DNA from: Rhodosorus marinus CCMP1338
Lineage: Eukaryota > Plantae > Rhodophyta
Reading direction: 5' to 3'
DNA: 64,000 bases
Assembly (NCBI GenBank): GCA_029953675.1
Contig: JAMWBK010000002.1
Location: 3,416,315-3,480,314, forward strand
Each line of letters begins with the position of its first letter. The stretch's first letter is position 1. Of this stretch, positions 11,949 through 26,097 are shown in pieces. The notes below the pieces were generated by a model, which saw nothing but the letters and a program-made list of their open reading frames with translations, was not told the origin of the DNA and did no database searches. A program made the position numbers and the translations under genes.

Positions 11949-12927
11949 ATCCTTAGTGGAGCTTGAAGGCTTATTTTGTAAATAGAATTTTACGGAACTA
12001 GTTGTACTGTGCCCCATCAGATCAGCTGCTTTGATATGCATAACACCAACTGCACTTTCGAAAGTATGCCAGCAGCTCGCTCCTTCGTCTGCACAGGAGC
12101 AATGCCTGCTCCTGTGCAGTAGCTAAGAAAATATGAGAAGCCAGCTTTTCGTCCTTTTCGCCGTGAGCAGAGGAGTCGATTCGTTCAAGGTCAGCTTGAC
12201 CGCCTAGAGCACAACTACATAGCTTCAGCTAAGTTCCGGTTTAAGTGGATCCCATGACGCCTCCTTTGTTCACCGGGGTGAACAGCTCCCAGGTTCCTTG
12301 GAGATCACCTCTTCTGCGCCAAACATCAGCCTTGCTGTACACTTACTCAATCAATCGTTCAACTTCGACAAGTCCAACGTCTGTGCGTGGCCTTCCTCTC
12401 GGAATTTGGCCTCGTCGAAATTCACCACCGTAGCCTAGGCGAATACAAGTTAATGAGCATGGAAGGTCGTCAAGTGATCTGCAACAGGACATCAACCGAT
12501 CCACTGCCGACATTATAATGGAAACGAGACCGTAGGAAACATAACTCAGTTTCCGACGGCGGCAGATTTTATGCTACGGGGTTGACAAATAGTCACGTAA
12601 CCTAGGCGGTCGATTCAACCATCTTCTTCCCCAAATTGGGTGAAGATCGGACGTCGTAGAATACATACATTCCTCCTTTTTTTTCTCCGCGCACAGGTAA
12701 CCCTTGCTGAGGGTGAAACTTCGCGGAGCAGCAGAAGAGGCCAGTCGCTTGTGCATGTTCGCAGAATGTAAACTATGGTCTGGATCAACATCGTAGTTGG
12801 GTTAGGATGGATGGGTATTCATGACGCACAAGTGGTTGGGTGATCGCGATCAGGCAGATTGATGAGAGTTAGACGGTGGATTTGGATTTTCGAACAGCTG
12901 GCTTCGCCGGAGTTGGATTGGTGAAGT

Positions 12928-15900
12928 ATGGAAGCTGTAGCGAGCATGCAAGCATCTGTTGCGACTGCTGCAGCGGCCCGTTTGGGCGGCGCGCTCTCCG
13001 ATGCGCAGTATTTCGAATCTGGGATGGTAAAGCCAGATGATATTCGCAAGCAGCTGGACGTAGGAACAACGAAGGATAAGCTAGACGCAATGAAAAGAAT
13101 CGTCGCTCTCATTTCGCTAGGAAAGGACGCCTCTCATTTTTATCCTTCGGTGGTTAAAAACGTTGTTGCGCAGTCCTTTGATGTGCGGAAGCTCGTGTAC
13201 ATGTATCTCGTACACTACGCCGAGGACAAGCCAGACCTTGCTTTGCTCGCGATAAACACGTTGCAGAAGGACCTTTCTCATCCAAGTCAGTTAATAAGGG
13301 CTCTCGCGTTAAGGGTACTTTCATCGATACGAGTCAAGACCATCCTACAAGTTGTCATTCACGGAATAACTGCGGCCACAAAAGACTCTTCTCCGTATGT
13401 AAGAAAGACTGCAGCGAACGCGATTCCAAAGGTATTCGCCCTCGACGAGGAAACGCTAGATATACTGCTGGAACCGCTGGGAGTACTGCTGGGTGATCGC
13501 AGCGGGATGGTCATTGGATCGGCGGTGGCAGCTCTTCAGGAGATTGCGCCGAGCCGCTACGACCTTCTACACCCGCATTTTCGTAGTCTTTGCGGGATGC
13601 TCATCGATCTGGATGAATGGAGTCAGACTATTGTGCTAAACGCTCTCCTAACATATGCCCGAGACAATCTGCGGCGACCGAGTTACTTCCAAGAGGGTGA
13701 GGCCTTGGACGTAGTAAGCGATCTAGGAGCAGATGTAGATGATTTTGAAGGGGGAGACACTAGCACATCCTTCGATGATTATGGGGGAGGAAGTATCCCT
13801 CACGAAGCCGATGAAGTGGATCCTGATTTAAAGCTGTTGCTGTCATCCTCACGCCTGCTCTTGAAGTCGATCAACTCAGCAGTTACCCTAAGTGTCGTTT
13901 CGATGTACTACCACCTTGCGTCACCGGCGGAGTTCAAGAATACTGCTGTACAACCTCTGATGAGGATGCTTCGGCTTGATCGATGCTCTCAGTTTCTGGC
14001 TCTGAAAAGCCTCGTTCGTGTGGTTTGGCGGTTTCCCCAGGCCGTAGCGCCTTACGCTGGAGAGTTGTTAGTGAGCTCGGCGGATGGTATTCCGGTGAGA
14101 AAGCTGAAGATGAAGGTGTTGACCTTGCTTTTGAAACGAGTATCCGGCCGAAACGCGAAGCAGCTGCACAACTTGCTCTTACCACAAATCACTAGATATG
14201 TTGATTCGCAGACAGAAATCGCTCAAGAGGCGTGCCAAGCGCTGGGCAATATTGCCACAACCAACTCCGCCCTGACTCATTCATGTGTTCGCGTCCTCAC
14301 GGATGTCATCGTGTCATCTTCTTCAACTTCGGCTGTCTCAGCTGCTGAAGAGCTCAGGAAACTCCTGCAGAGGCAACCAGGGGCGTATGAGGCTGAGCAG
14401 AGGTTGCTCGCCAAGCTCCTCGCTAAGTCCATGATAACAAAACCAGATGCTCGCGCCAGTATCATTTGGATTGTGGGTGAATTTGCTGAGAAGATCCCGG
14501 AGATAAATCCAGAAGTTCTCCGACGCCTAGTGGTCGGGTTTGGCACGGAGAGCAGGGCGGTAAAGCTCCAAACGTTGACGTTCGCAGCAAAACTAGTTGC
14601 CAGAATGAAGAAGTCAGCGAAAAGAGCCTCGGAGACAACCGAGAGTTTGGTCACGTTTGATGTCGTTGGTGATTCTCTCTCTGTACCAACTGCTGAAAAG
14701 GATGACATCCGTGTGAAGCTCTTCCGCTACCTTCTCGATCTCGCAGGGAACGATGCCGATTTTGATGTTCGCGAACGTGCGCGGTTGCTCAAGCAAGTTT
14801 ATTTCGCGCCGGATTCAAACGGTTCACAGATATTCGAGATCTACGCTGATGTTTTGCTTCGACCAAAGCCATTACCTGCGGGTACTGACGAGAACGGCGT
14901 AGGGTCGATGCCCGATATTCCCGAGGGCGCGTCGCTGGGGTCTTTGGCGGAAACTGTTGGACGTATTCCGCAGAACTTTCACCCACTGCCGAATTGGACG
15001 GAATCACCCACCGATGCTTCTGCAAGGGACAACGGAAGAGGATCGTTGCATAAGTCCCATGTCCACTCAAACCGTTTGGAGATTCGTGGCGGTGCTATTG
15101 CCTTCGATAGCGAAAGTGAGCTCGATGAGGAAAGCAGCGAAGAAAGCGACGATGCCAGCGGAACAGAGGAGACTACAGATGATGATGACCCAGCCTCGAA
15201 ACCGCAGGACGACCCATTTGCGTTTATGCCCGCTGCAAGAAAGCTTCCAACGCTGAGGGAGGCTGCACGACAGACCCAGCCAAAGAGTCCCAAACGATCT
15301 AGCACCAAAGGCTCACCTAGCAGCAGTGCGGTACAGGGAAAAAATGCTTCGTTGTTGGAGCTTTTGTCCTCTCCAAGCCAAACGAAAAAGGCCGATGAGG
15401 TTGGAGGGTTTAATCTGATAGAGTCCTTGTCCAGTGCCAGTCCCAACAGGAGTTTGAATAGAAAAGGGGCTGGCCCCAGAAAGTGGAGGAGGCTGGTAGA
15501 AACTTGGAATTCGAATGGATTGGAAATCGACTACGGTTTTTGCAGAGTGACAAATCCACAGGCATGGAGTGAATTGCCTGTGGCAGTCAGACTCAGGAAT
15601 TCAAGCGATCACGACATATTCGCTATTACCTGCAAGAGCGTTGCTTCGGGGGCTCACAAGGTCGAGGTGGGCACTATGCAAGTTGATCAGTGCTCTCTTC
15701 TTGCTGTCATTTCATCATTTGTAGACAAATTGGAATGTGCCGTGTAGCTTCTGTTGAAACTGAACGCGGAAGTATCTTTTGCTGAACCCTCAAAGGTGAG
15801 AGCGTTTCCGACTATCGAGAAGCTCACGCCCACTGCTGAAACTGAGGCGACCATGACTTGCGTCATAACTACTGGGAGGCCGGAGGCAATACCAATCCGA

Positions 15901-16415
15901 GTGTCTAGCAGCGTCGGATCCTGTGATGGTGAAATGCGGCCGACCCCAGGCGAAATTTTAAGACCGGACACTAGCCTCACGCTTGGACAGTTTATGACGT
16001 TGGAGCATCAACTGGGGGGGACATTTGCAAACGAGGCAGACATTGAGGTCGAAACCACCCCTGCATTTGCTTGGCAGGTAAGGTTCGAGCCATGTCAAAA
16101 CCTCAAACTGTAGAATGGCTGGACTAATGGAAAAGTTTGAGATAACCCGTGCAGGGCAAAGTGAGGGACGTGGTCGTAGAACACGCAAACGTCGCCGCGC
16201 CTTGGTCAGGTGGACAGAGACCCATGGACGAGCTTCTCCTCACTGGGCTCACCCTTGGCTCAGAGCATCCAGTGCTAATCTCAATACGCCCCCGCGAAGA
16301 TCATCAAAACCATGCAATTCTGCGGGTGAGCTGCGAGGATCTTCTTCTCGCCTCAAGTCTGCTTCAGACCTTGAAAAGCAAGCTCCTCAAGTCTACCCGA
16401 GCGGAGAAGAAGTGA
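12928..16415 (+). CDS. AP3B1: AP-3 complex subunit beta, 3 exons
   Basis: KLDAMKRIVALISLGKD...VRKLVYMYLVHYAEDKPDLALLAINTLQKDL, followed by an acidic hinge. Inferred phase-0 introns at 15667-15747 and 16078-16154 join ORFs 15754-16113 and 16149-16415, which form an ear-like C-terminus. Confidence 0.92.
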
Positions 16416-17393
16416 GGAGCTCAACTTGCTAATGCTCGGGCTTGACCAGCAACTCTAACAATTTCCTTAGCGTGCAGGTCCCTGTCAATAAGCATATATC
16501 AATGTCCCTCACCTTTACTATAACATGGCCTCACGGCTTTATGAGGCGTTATGAAACCGCTTCTGTAGCGCAGGAATCCACGGAATCCTTTCCGGTATCC
16601 GAACAGCTAGGCTTTGCGAAGCAACGATAACCAATTACATGACTGACTTAGTAAACAAACAGCTTTCGTGTTCGGCTGCAACGATTCTTTAGTTCTGGAC
16701 CAGTCGAGCTTGTTTCCTCAACAACGAGCGATCACCCAATGAGAAGTCCGCCAGACTTGGTAAGATGCTGGTACAGCATCTTTCGCTAGGCATTGCGGTC
16801 CATTCAGTGCTCCAGGGAAGTTTCGAACGCTCCCATTTGAAGTCAACCAATTTCGTTTTCTCTCTCCCTTGAGCGAAATCTCGTGTGGGGAAATATGAGC
16901 TAGCAAATACCGATCAAACCTATTCTAACTTCTCGTCAACGTAAAGCCGCTATTTCTTATGGACGCACGCCATGTATTGCCTAGCTTCAAGCTACTGCGG
17001 AGCACGAGAAAAGACTGGATAAAAAAAAAACTCTGTAGCTCATACTGTAATCAGAGTCCGTATTCATGGTTACGCTAACTCGGAACTCTACACCTACTCC
17101 ACGTTCCTAAGCAAACGTGGTTAAAAATTTCAGCCAGCATTGATGATTTCCTTTAGTTTTCCGACTGCCGGAAGCATCGACCAAGAAGCTGGTAACTGAA
17201 TGGGTTGAATGGATCCCGTCAACCGACCGCATCGTACTTGCGATGCACCTGAATGCTTGTACGTTGGTTGTCGTTTTAACCCGCACCGGCCGCACAAGAC
17301 CTGTAGAGGAGCGGGAAGATTGCCGTTGCCTTTGGCAGAAGGCTGAAGTTTTCGAGTTAGTTTTTGGCATGTGCACGGGATTGAGCCTCGAAC

Positions 17394-18326
17394 ATGTTGT
17401 GCTTCGGCTTGCTGGCATCGGGTGGCGGACTGCTGCGTCTCAAATCGGTTAATTCTTGTTCAATTAGGGTCAAATGGACACCTCGGACGTGTACCGTTTC
17501 TTGTATGAGTGAGGTAAAATTGGAATCGGGAAGCAACCAGAGCGTGTTTTCATGTAGCAACTGTGGAGCTGATCTGCCCTTAAGCAAGGCACGTTGTGAA
17601 ACCTGCGGAATAGAATTTAGAAACGAAAGCACGAACTATGTTAACCGAGTCGCCCCACCGCCAAATTCACGGGGTCTTCAGCGCTTTGGTTTTGGACCGA
17701 TTCGTCAGGACATGTTTCGGTCCAGTTTAGTTTCCTTTCTGTACGAGAGAGGATGGAGGGATGCCTTTCAAACTTACGGTTTTCCTGGACCTGAAGCAGA
17801 GTTCCAGATGCTAGTCGATTTCTGCGAGGAGAATGGTCAGTTGAATAGCATTGCCGCTGATATTTCGTGCGGGTCGGGGTTCATGGCCAGACGTATGCAA
17901 AAGAGTGGCAAGTTCAGTAGAGTGATTGCGTCCGATTTTTCTGAATCGATGCTAGACGAAACAGTGACAAGGTTCCGGAAGGAATCAAAGCTGAACCCAG
18001 AGGATCGGGACATTGTCCGAGCTGACGTTGCCAAGCTGCCGTTCAAGTCTAGTTCTGTGAATGTGATTCATAACGGAGCGGCGATACATACCTATCCTAG
18101 AGCTCAGGATGGCTTGCGAGAAATGCACAGAGTCTTAGCAGATGGCGGGGTCCTGTTTGGCACTACTATGGATAAAAGACTCCTGGGATTCTCATTGCCG
18201 AGTTCCAATCCAGGCTTTCGGTTTTTCTCGAACCAGGAGTTGTTTTACTTGTTAAAGAGTGCTGGCTTTCGTGATCCCGTGGTTGAGAACTTGAACAAGT
18301 GCCTGGTATTTAAGGCCATTAAGTAG
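17394..18326 (+). CDS. Class I SAM methyltransferase (type 11, plastid At2g41040-like) with N-terminal zinc ribbon
   Basis: SFLYERGWR...GFPGPEAEF, DISCGSG, DFSESML and RADVAKLPF motifs; two CxxC pairs (CSNC, CETC). Confidence 0.85.
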   Translation: MLCFGLLASGGGLLRLKSVNSCSIRVKWTPRTCTVSCMSEVKLESGSNQSVFSCSNCGADLPLSKARCETCGIEFRNESTNYVNRVAPPPNSRGLQRFGFGPIRQDMFRSSLVSFLYERGWRDAFQTYGFPGPEAEFQMLVDFCEENGQLNSIAADISCGSGFMARRMQKSGKFSRVIASDFSESMLDETVTRFRKESKLNPEDRDIVRADVAKLPFKSSSVNVIHNGAAIHTYPRAQDGLREMHRVLADGGVLFGTTMDKRLLGFSLPSSNPGFRFFSNQELFYLLKSAGFRDPVVENLNKCLVFKAIK

Positions 18327-19526
18327 CATGCGTACGATTCAACTGTGGCGCATGCTCCTCGATTAATGTTTGCTTGAACGACATCACATTAAACCTTGCC
18401 AGTTTCGAATTTGGGTCGTTTCCTTTTCGTACAGATAGCAGAGACAGCAGAAGCCTGTCCGAGCTTAGCGCCACTTTAAAAAGGCAGATAGTTCGGTGTC
18501 AACAAGGAAGAATTGTATTGGAAGGACTCGAAATGAGACTATAAACCATTTTCGTCCGGCAGTCCTATATTATGTACTACCCGTAGCTTCTTAGGGCACT
18601 AAGGATTGCATTAGCTATCTAGAGGTGGACGGGTGGCGAATTAAAATCCCTTCAGGAGAATGAGCGCCAGACGCAGTTGAGAGCTCAGTTCGCACGACTG
18701 GGTGAGAGGCTCACCGGTGCATTCATTCAACGACCTTAACCTGACTCTGGACAACACGGTGTCGTCGCGTTCGTTGGACTCAAAAGTCTTACCCTTTAGA
18801 AAACCACGTAATAGAAAAGTTGGACACAGATAGGGCAAGCAGCCCGTTTCGCAAAATCAGCGGAGCTCAAGGCCAAACGGGGGCAATCTTGCCAATGGGA
18901 TGGGAACCGACTCATCTGAGGCGAATCCCTTCGTACGTGATAATTAAAATCAGGTGCTGAACTGGAATTTTCCATTTTTGCAGTTCACTGGACTGCTGTG
19001 AGCACTAGTTGTGGGTTTCCCAAGGTATTTGGCCCCGGCTGCCAAGAAGACTAGTGCGTCCATGTTGTCAAATGAGCATATGCCCACGGATACAAACAAA
19101 CCCTCTCATCCTACTCACTAAAATATAGGCAAGATCTCCTACATAGTACGAGTTCGTGAGCAGTTGACTCAGTTTTGGAATTTTTATCTTAATTTAGGAT
19201 GCGTCCCTGTTGTCGCTGTTTGGTTTGCTTGGTTAAAAAAAACAAACGAAAAAAACAGAATGGCACAGTCGTTGAGACTTCTGAAGACTTTTCGAGTCTC
19301 CAGCGCAGAAGGGAGTCGTTCGAGAAGTTTGTCGGGCTTGAAAGTGCAAGGTTCATACTAACGCTTATGTCTCCTCTGAGTGTGAATGTTGGAATGTAAT
19401 ATGGACGTTTAAGGAAGGGTTGGACAACTTGAGAATTGGCCGTTTTCCGTTTGGAGGGTTGGGCTGTGGTGCTCTTGGGTGGTTGGTCTTTGGTAGTGGT
19501 CTCGCTCGCTCCTTTCCGTTTCCAAG

Positions 19527-22500
19527 ATGTCTTCGGAAGACGACAGTAGCCTGGATGAGGGAGCTAATGATGTAGGCGTACAAGACGTGCTTGAGTGTGA
19601 TGATGATATGGACAATATGGATGACAACGATGATGATGACGATAACGACGATGATGACGAAGACGATGATGACGATGATGACGATGATGACGATGATGAC
19701 GACGCCGAAGACAATGATCATCTTGACTACAGAGACCAAGATGCTGATTTGGAAATAGGAGAGGATGGAGAGGAGGAGGACGATGTCATTGGGGAAGACG
19801 GTGAGGGAGGTGATGAGGAGGACGACGAGATTTATCTTCTTCCAGAGTGGCCGAGGAGCTTCTCTCTGTCCAGCGGCGCGTCTTCAGAGTTAGAACCCTT
19901 CGCGGCTTTGCAGAACAGCCTCAACAGCGACAGGGCGATCGCTTTGTACCGTGATGGGGAGGAGGCGAACAGACCATTTGAGCTCCGCTTCGTCGAGCGC
20001 GGGGAGAACTTTCTAGGAGTTGGCTTGGAAGCAGGAACAGACCAGAACGGTGTTGGAGAGCTCTTAGAGGAGCTTTGGCAAGGATCTAGCAACGAGGTGG
20101 CGAGTATGGTAGCTGCACTAGGAGAAGTTGCAACGGCAGCTAATCGATGGAACGATCAGCCGGCTATAGTTTCTCTCGGTGGCTCAGCAGACAATTTCAC
20201 GGAGAACATGGATAACGCTTTGAGAAGATACCGAAGGTTGCGCCAGGCCATGTGGTCCGGTGGAAGTGACTCCGATGGTCACTACGGAATGCATCCGCTC
20301 CTCCAGCGTGGCGTTCAAGAATCTTTCTTCGGACCAAGACAGAGCGAGGACAATACAGAACCTTTCCCTTCCAGAGCGGACGGCTCGGCGCTTCGGGAGG
20401 ATGCTGAGAGACTCAATGGCATTGAGAGAAGCTCTTCAGGGCGCCGAGTGCCTTCGTACTCGAGACTGATGCATCGGATTGCGTCCGCAGGGCGACACGC
20501 AACCGGGTCTACGAATAGTGGAAGCTTGAATGGTGACGTCAGGGACCCGCCGCTGGCACAGTTCTACCTCAACTTGCGCAACAGTAGGGGCTTCGACAGC
20601 CATCTACGTGCGCGCGATCGTTACAGGGGTGTGCTCACTGCCGTCCAAAACCGATGGACCTACGCACCTATCGGCGACGGGGGGGTTGACTTCTCGTCGA
20701 CGGTTAAAGGAGACCGCTCGTTGGATGACGTAGTACAGCAGAAAGTCGCGCAGGAGCTTGGGAGCGCCCTAAAGCAGATTCGAGAGGATGAGAATAGGTC
20801 GCTGGCTAGAAGAGTTGAGCTAGAAGAGGCCAGCAAGAAGCACGGAATGGAAAAGCATTCCACGAACGATCAAATAGACACGCAGCTCGATCCTAGGGCT
20901 GAACCAATGGAGATCTCGAAGACAAACTGCCCATCGAGTGAACACTCTGGGGAAAATGCCGAGGACGAGAGCATGGCCGACGACGGTCGAGTCGCGCAAG
21001 GCGGTATCCGAGATCCTACGATGAGGCTTTCAAATAATAACTCCTACGCAACAGGGAGCATGACACGAGAGAGGGAGGATGACTCTGATGTCGGCGCAGG
21101 AAATAGGGAAGGTCCGCGAAACATGCCTGCCAATCAAGGAGACACGGCTCTCAATGCTCGTCAGGAAACTGATCAAGTCCGATCGGCAGCCGAGGTTAGG
21201 GCCGGACAGCTTGGGATTTCACTGCATGCTCCGGCGAGCACGGACCCAGCGATTTTGGAGGCTGCGACGCAGAGCACGGGAATAGATCCCACCTTTCTTG
21301 CCGCTCTGCCAGAGGATGTACGCTCAGAAGTTCTAGCTCAGCATATTGAGCAAATGGCTACTGAAGCAACGGTGCCTGGAAGTGAGGCCCGCAATATCTC
21401 TTCAAACCAAGAGTTCCTGTCCGCTTTGCCTCCAAATCTCCGTGCCGAGGTTCTGGATCAGGAAGCGCAGATCCTGGCGAGACGCCGTGCCGAGGCACAA
21501 GGAGCAGAAATGGACAACGCATCCTTTTTGGCAACCCTTACTCCGCAGCTGCGAGAGGAAGTTCTTCTCAACGCTGATGAAAACTTCCTTGGAACGCTGC
21601 CGCAAGGTCTGTCTGAAGAAGCGCGCCAACTGCGACAAAGGGAAAGGCAAATCCGCCCTATAAATTGGCGTTTGCAGCAGGGCATGTTTCATAACTCCGT
21701 CGGTGATGCAACGGCGCGACCGAGTAAGCAAAGATTCAAGCGCAAATCTTTCGATTTGGCTTCTTTTTATATCCTTGTTATTGATCCAAACCTCAATATC
21801 TTTGGCGACTTCTAACGAGAAATGCTAAAAGAACAGCACTCACCACACCCACTTTAGGACTCGGAAGGAGCAGAAACCCTGGCATGGAACCAGGCCGACG
21901 GGCGGCAACGGACCCGTACGCAGGAGCTGATAGATCGAAAGCCCATACTGAAGTTCCAATCTTCCTGGACGAGGAATCCGTGACAGCTGTGATAAAACTT
22001 TGGTACTCCGGAACTTCTCTTGGTAGGGGCCTATTGTACAGAGTGCTCTTGCACACGTGCAAGAACAAGGAAATGCGCGGCGTAACTCTTCAGCTGTTGC
22101 TCGAGATCCTTTCCGCCGAAGCGAAAGGCCGGGTGCAGGACATGCCAGCTTCCGAGTCATCTCGAAAACAATCGATAGTGGATAAAATTGGCGAAGGACG
22201 CGACCGCTTACCTCGCGCTACAATAATACGGAGAACGTTGGAACTTCTGATGAACCTAGCGGAGAAGGACAAGAGCATTGCTAGGAGCTTCATATTCTCA
22301 GATCGCTGGCCTCAGGAGGAGCTACCGTTCAACAAACTCTTGTCTCTTATGGCGTACGACCCGTTTACACGGAGCACTGCCACTCTGGAGGCGCTTATCA
22401 GAGTGCTTACCGTTGTTTGCTCAGCACTACCTTCGCAGGGTGGTTCGAACAAAGGGAATGGCAGGCTGGGAAGATCAAGAAGAGGAGGTTCCAGTCGTCG

Positions 22501-25229
22501 CCGCAGACAGCGAGGGCTTGCCACTCTGCAAATCGTCAATATACATCCCGAATCTGGGAACGAGACGACCGAGGAGGTTAATGAGACGACTGATCTGGAC
22601 GAAGATGCCGAGCACGGCGGAGAAGGACACCCGCTGCTGGATGGGAACGCAAACTTGCGAGTGGAGAATGATACCCAAGCTCCGAATGAGTCTAAAGACA
22701 AACAAACTCGAATCGCGGAGAAGGTTCCGATCATAACCGTTGAAGACCTAGAGCGCCTAGCAGGCGTGCTGTCCAGACAGGGGTGTTCTGAAGGAACTTA
22801 CCAAGGTATAGTTCAGATCCTGGACAGGCTATCACTTGTTCAGCAGAATCGCGCAGTCGCGCTTCGTTCTCTTTCGACGGAGGCGAATTCGCTCGCTGAC
22901 GTTATCGCCGATGGCTTCGACGAATTCCTGGAGGAAATGAACCATGCTCAAGAAGAACAGGACGATGCTATTCGAGCTAGCTCTCTCGCGAAGTTTTCGA
23001 CTTGCGCTAGTGCTCAGGAGCTTAAGCTGCTGCGCATTATGAAAACCGTTGCTACCCTAGCGAAGGGCCACGACGGTGGTCTCCGAGGCACCACCATGAG
23101 CCTGACAAGGCTTTGGGAGGCTTTGAGCAACGTGCTAGGCGCGATCATCTTCCGAGAAGGCTCAGGCTACAGTACTGGAGGTGGAAGAAAGGTCACGAAC
23201 AGGTCCAGAGATGGGCCTCCAACAACCAGCGGAGGAGCTGATCCGGCTCTATCAAGAGCCAGCTTCTCAGGAGCGGAGAGCGATGAAGGTATGCAGCCCC
23301 CATAGTTTTAGGCTTTAGGAGTTTAGCTTGTTTCGGGCTTGTAACTTTGGCTTTTGTCGCGGCTTGTTTCTTTTGATTGCTTACCGACGACAATTTGAAC
23401 CTCCCACTTGATGCAGAAGGATATGGGACTGATAGGGAGCCGCAGAAAGTTGGCAGGCACAACATCCCGCCGATCCTCTCTAGGCTCTCGCCTGTAATCC
23501 AAGCTTTCTTTGTGGCGCATTCTGCTGAGGAAGAGCCAAAAGAACCGTCGTCGACGACATCACTTCCAAGCCTGAAATCGCCTTTAATTTCGTCAATGGG
23601 CTCGAAAGATGTAGATGCGGGACGCACGGAGTCGGCAATGAGCGGTGATGGAGGTATCACAGACCTTGGCCGGTTCATAGAATTGCATCGTGTCCCTGTC
23701 AATATGCTGCTTCGAGCAACGCCGTCCCTCCTTGAAGGGGACTTTTTCAAGGCCGCTCTGAAGTATTCACAGTGGATCGATTTTGACAACAAGAAAACGT
23801 ACTTTCGCAATCTTATCAAACAACGTACTGCGGCTGCGAATCCAAGCCAGATTGAGCTTTGCGTACGTAGAGAACACGTTTTCGAGGAGAGCTACTTCAA
23901 GCTCAGATCGAAAAAGGCCGAGGAAATGAAAGGAAGGCTCCAAGTCCAGGTATGCGCTGGTTCTGAGTTCAACCTAAGGTGCAAGCCATGTGTGGAGCAG
24001 TTCTGAAAAACGAGCCTTTTCTATGATTTTTCTTTATCCACCCCCGCTCTCTCGCACTAGTTCCAGGACGAGGAAGGCATCGATGCCGGTGGGGTAACTC
24101 GCGAATGGTATACAATTCTAGCGAGAAAAATTTTCGACGCGAATTACGCACTGTTTAGGCGGTCCACGGCGGAAAGCGCAACTTATCAGCCGAACACTCT
24201 TTCGTATGTGAACGATCATCACCTAAGCTTCTTCCACTTCGTGGGGAGAATCATAGGCAAAGCTATTTATGACGGCCAACTACTTGATGCTTACTTCACT
24301 CGGTCTTTTTACAAGCACATTCTTGGAATACGCCCGAACTACCATGACCTGGAACCAATAGATCCCGACTACTATAAGAGTCTTTGCTGGATGTTAGAGA
24401 ACGACATTGATGGTGTGCTCGATCTAACTTTCAGTGCGGAGTACGATGACTTTGGAGTGACCAAGGTGGTCGACCTGATTCCGAACGGGCGAAAGGTGCC
24501 GGTTACGAACGACAACAAGAAGGAGTACGTCAATCTCATTACGGATTTGCGGCTGACGAAGACAATTAAGCTTCAGATTGAGCATTTTCTCACGGGTTTT
24601 CAAGAGCTCATCCCCCGGGAAGATATCAAGATCTTCAACGAGCTCGAACTTGAGCTCTTGATGAGCGGTCTTCCCGAAATAGACGTCGCAGATTTGAAAG
24701 CAAACGTTGAGTACCTGGGGTAGGTTTACCTCTGCTACCCGGATTTTCACCATTTGAAGCTCAGATTATGAACTAATGTCAGTTGTCATCTTCTTGCACG
24801 CGATACAGCTATACGATTTCCAGCCCACAAATCAATTGGTTCTGGAAATCTGTGTCGGAAATGGGAAGAGAGGACTTGGCGAGACTTGTCATGTTTACAA
24901 CAGGCACTAGCAAGGTGCCTCTGGAAGGCTTTGCTGCTTTACAGGTTCGTTCTCCACTGATATTTTTGTGTCGCTCATAACCACGAAGTGCCACCCAGTT
25001 TAAAGCGAGGTCTACTGACTCGGAATTTTTACTTGTTGAATTCTTTTAGGGCATGAACGGCCACCAGAAGTTCCAAATCCATAGGGTTGCAGGTGATTCG
25101 AATAGACTACCCACAGCGCATACCTGTTTCAACCAGCTGGACCTTCCTGAGTACTCTGATGAGGACAAGCTTAGACGCTCGCTACTAGTTGCAATAAGAG
25201 AGGGTGCAGAGGGTTTTGGATTCGGATGA
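19527..25229 (+). CDS. UPL1: HECT E3 ubiquitin ligase, HUWE1/UPL1/Tom1-like (C-terminal half only), 6 exons
   Basis: Acidic tract; three UBM/DUF4414-like motifs ([18 protein letters not shown] etc.); [16 protein letters not shown]; HECT end [15 protein letters not shown]...EGAEGFGFG with stop at 25227-25229. GT-AG introns near 21724, 23289, 23949, 24720 and 24946. Confidence 0.9.
19599..19703 (+). repeat. GAY-rich low-complexity tract encoding poly-Asp
   Basis: Run of GAT/GAC codons inside the HECT ligase first exon. Confidence 0.9.
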
Positions 25230-26097
25230 TTGGTTTATTTGCTAATTTCCAAAAAAAGAGCTGGATTCCTTGATGGGCTATTGCATAGGATCTGCGCTGG
25301 TGCGCTTAACAAAAAAAAAGCGCTCTGGCTTTGGTTGAGCTAAATGGGAAAATCAACCGCTCGTGCAGTCGGTTTCAGCATTGCATGTAGTGCATAGCAA
25401 GGCCTGGCACCGCCTCAGAATAAGTGGGTGAACCTCTCTTAGACACTGTTAGCTTACTAGATTTACTGCTTTTTGGGAACCTCCAGGAGACACTCCCAAT
25501 GGGCCTCGGAAGACCAGACCCAAAGCTTATCTGGATTATGAATCGCAGCAAATTACACAGACTCAAGCCTCAAGAGGTCTGCGCAGCCATCTCCAAGCTT
25601 GTTCGACAATGCCCGGGTTTACGAAGAGCTCTGGTTCTGAGCTTACGAACTTGGGTGTTTGGTAAGCTCAACCAATATTCACTGAAATATCACCAAGAAG
25701 AATCAATTTCTTCCCCAGCTGGTCGTATACTCGGACAGATCCGCGTATTGGAAACCACCACAACTGGTCGATCTTCTCGTGTTGTGCGCGCAGACGAAAT
25801 GCGAGTACACAAGTAGACGGAAACGAGTTTCCGATACATCCCTTCTCGCCATCCTGTAGTTCAGTCCATTTAAGCTCTCCAAGATCGATTTCGAATTCTA
25901 GGGTTTTGGTTGCGTTTAGTTGAGACTGACCGTTCAGGAAAGTATCAGGTATTGTCTGAAGCTCTTGGTTAAGCTGGATTCGTACAAGATCTTAGCGCGC
26001 TGATTGCTGGGACGAAGGGAGGCAATCGTGATAAAGTTTTGAATTGATGGCGTCAGATGACGGGTGAGATTGACGCGTTGGGAAGGCTCCTTGTTCG

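Noticed and set aside
12245-12756. Possible small minus-strand spliced gene between CDC5 and AP3B
   Set aside because: Short open segments only, with no recognisable homology or coherent exon chain.
19365-19739. Poly-Ser and poly-Ile/Val minus-strand ORFs
   Set aside because: Antisense shadows of the poly-Asp GAY tract.
25424-25816. 130-aa ORF between the HECT ligase and the P5B ATPase
   Set aside because: GTG start and no recognisable motifs; likely chance.
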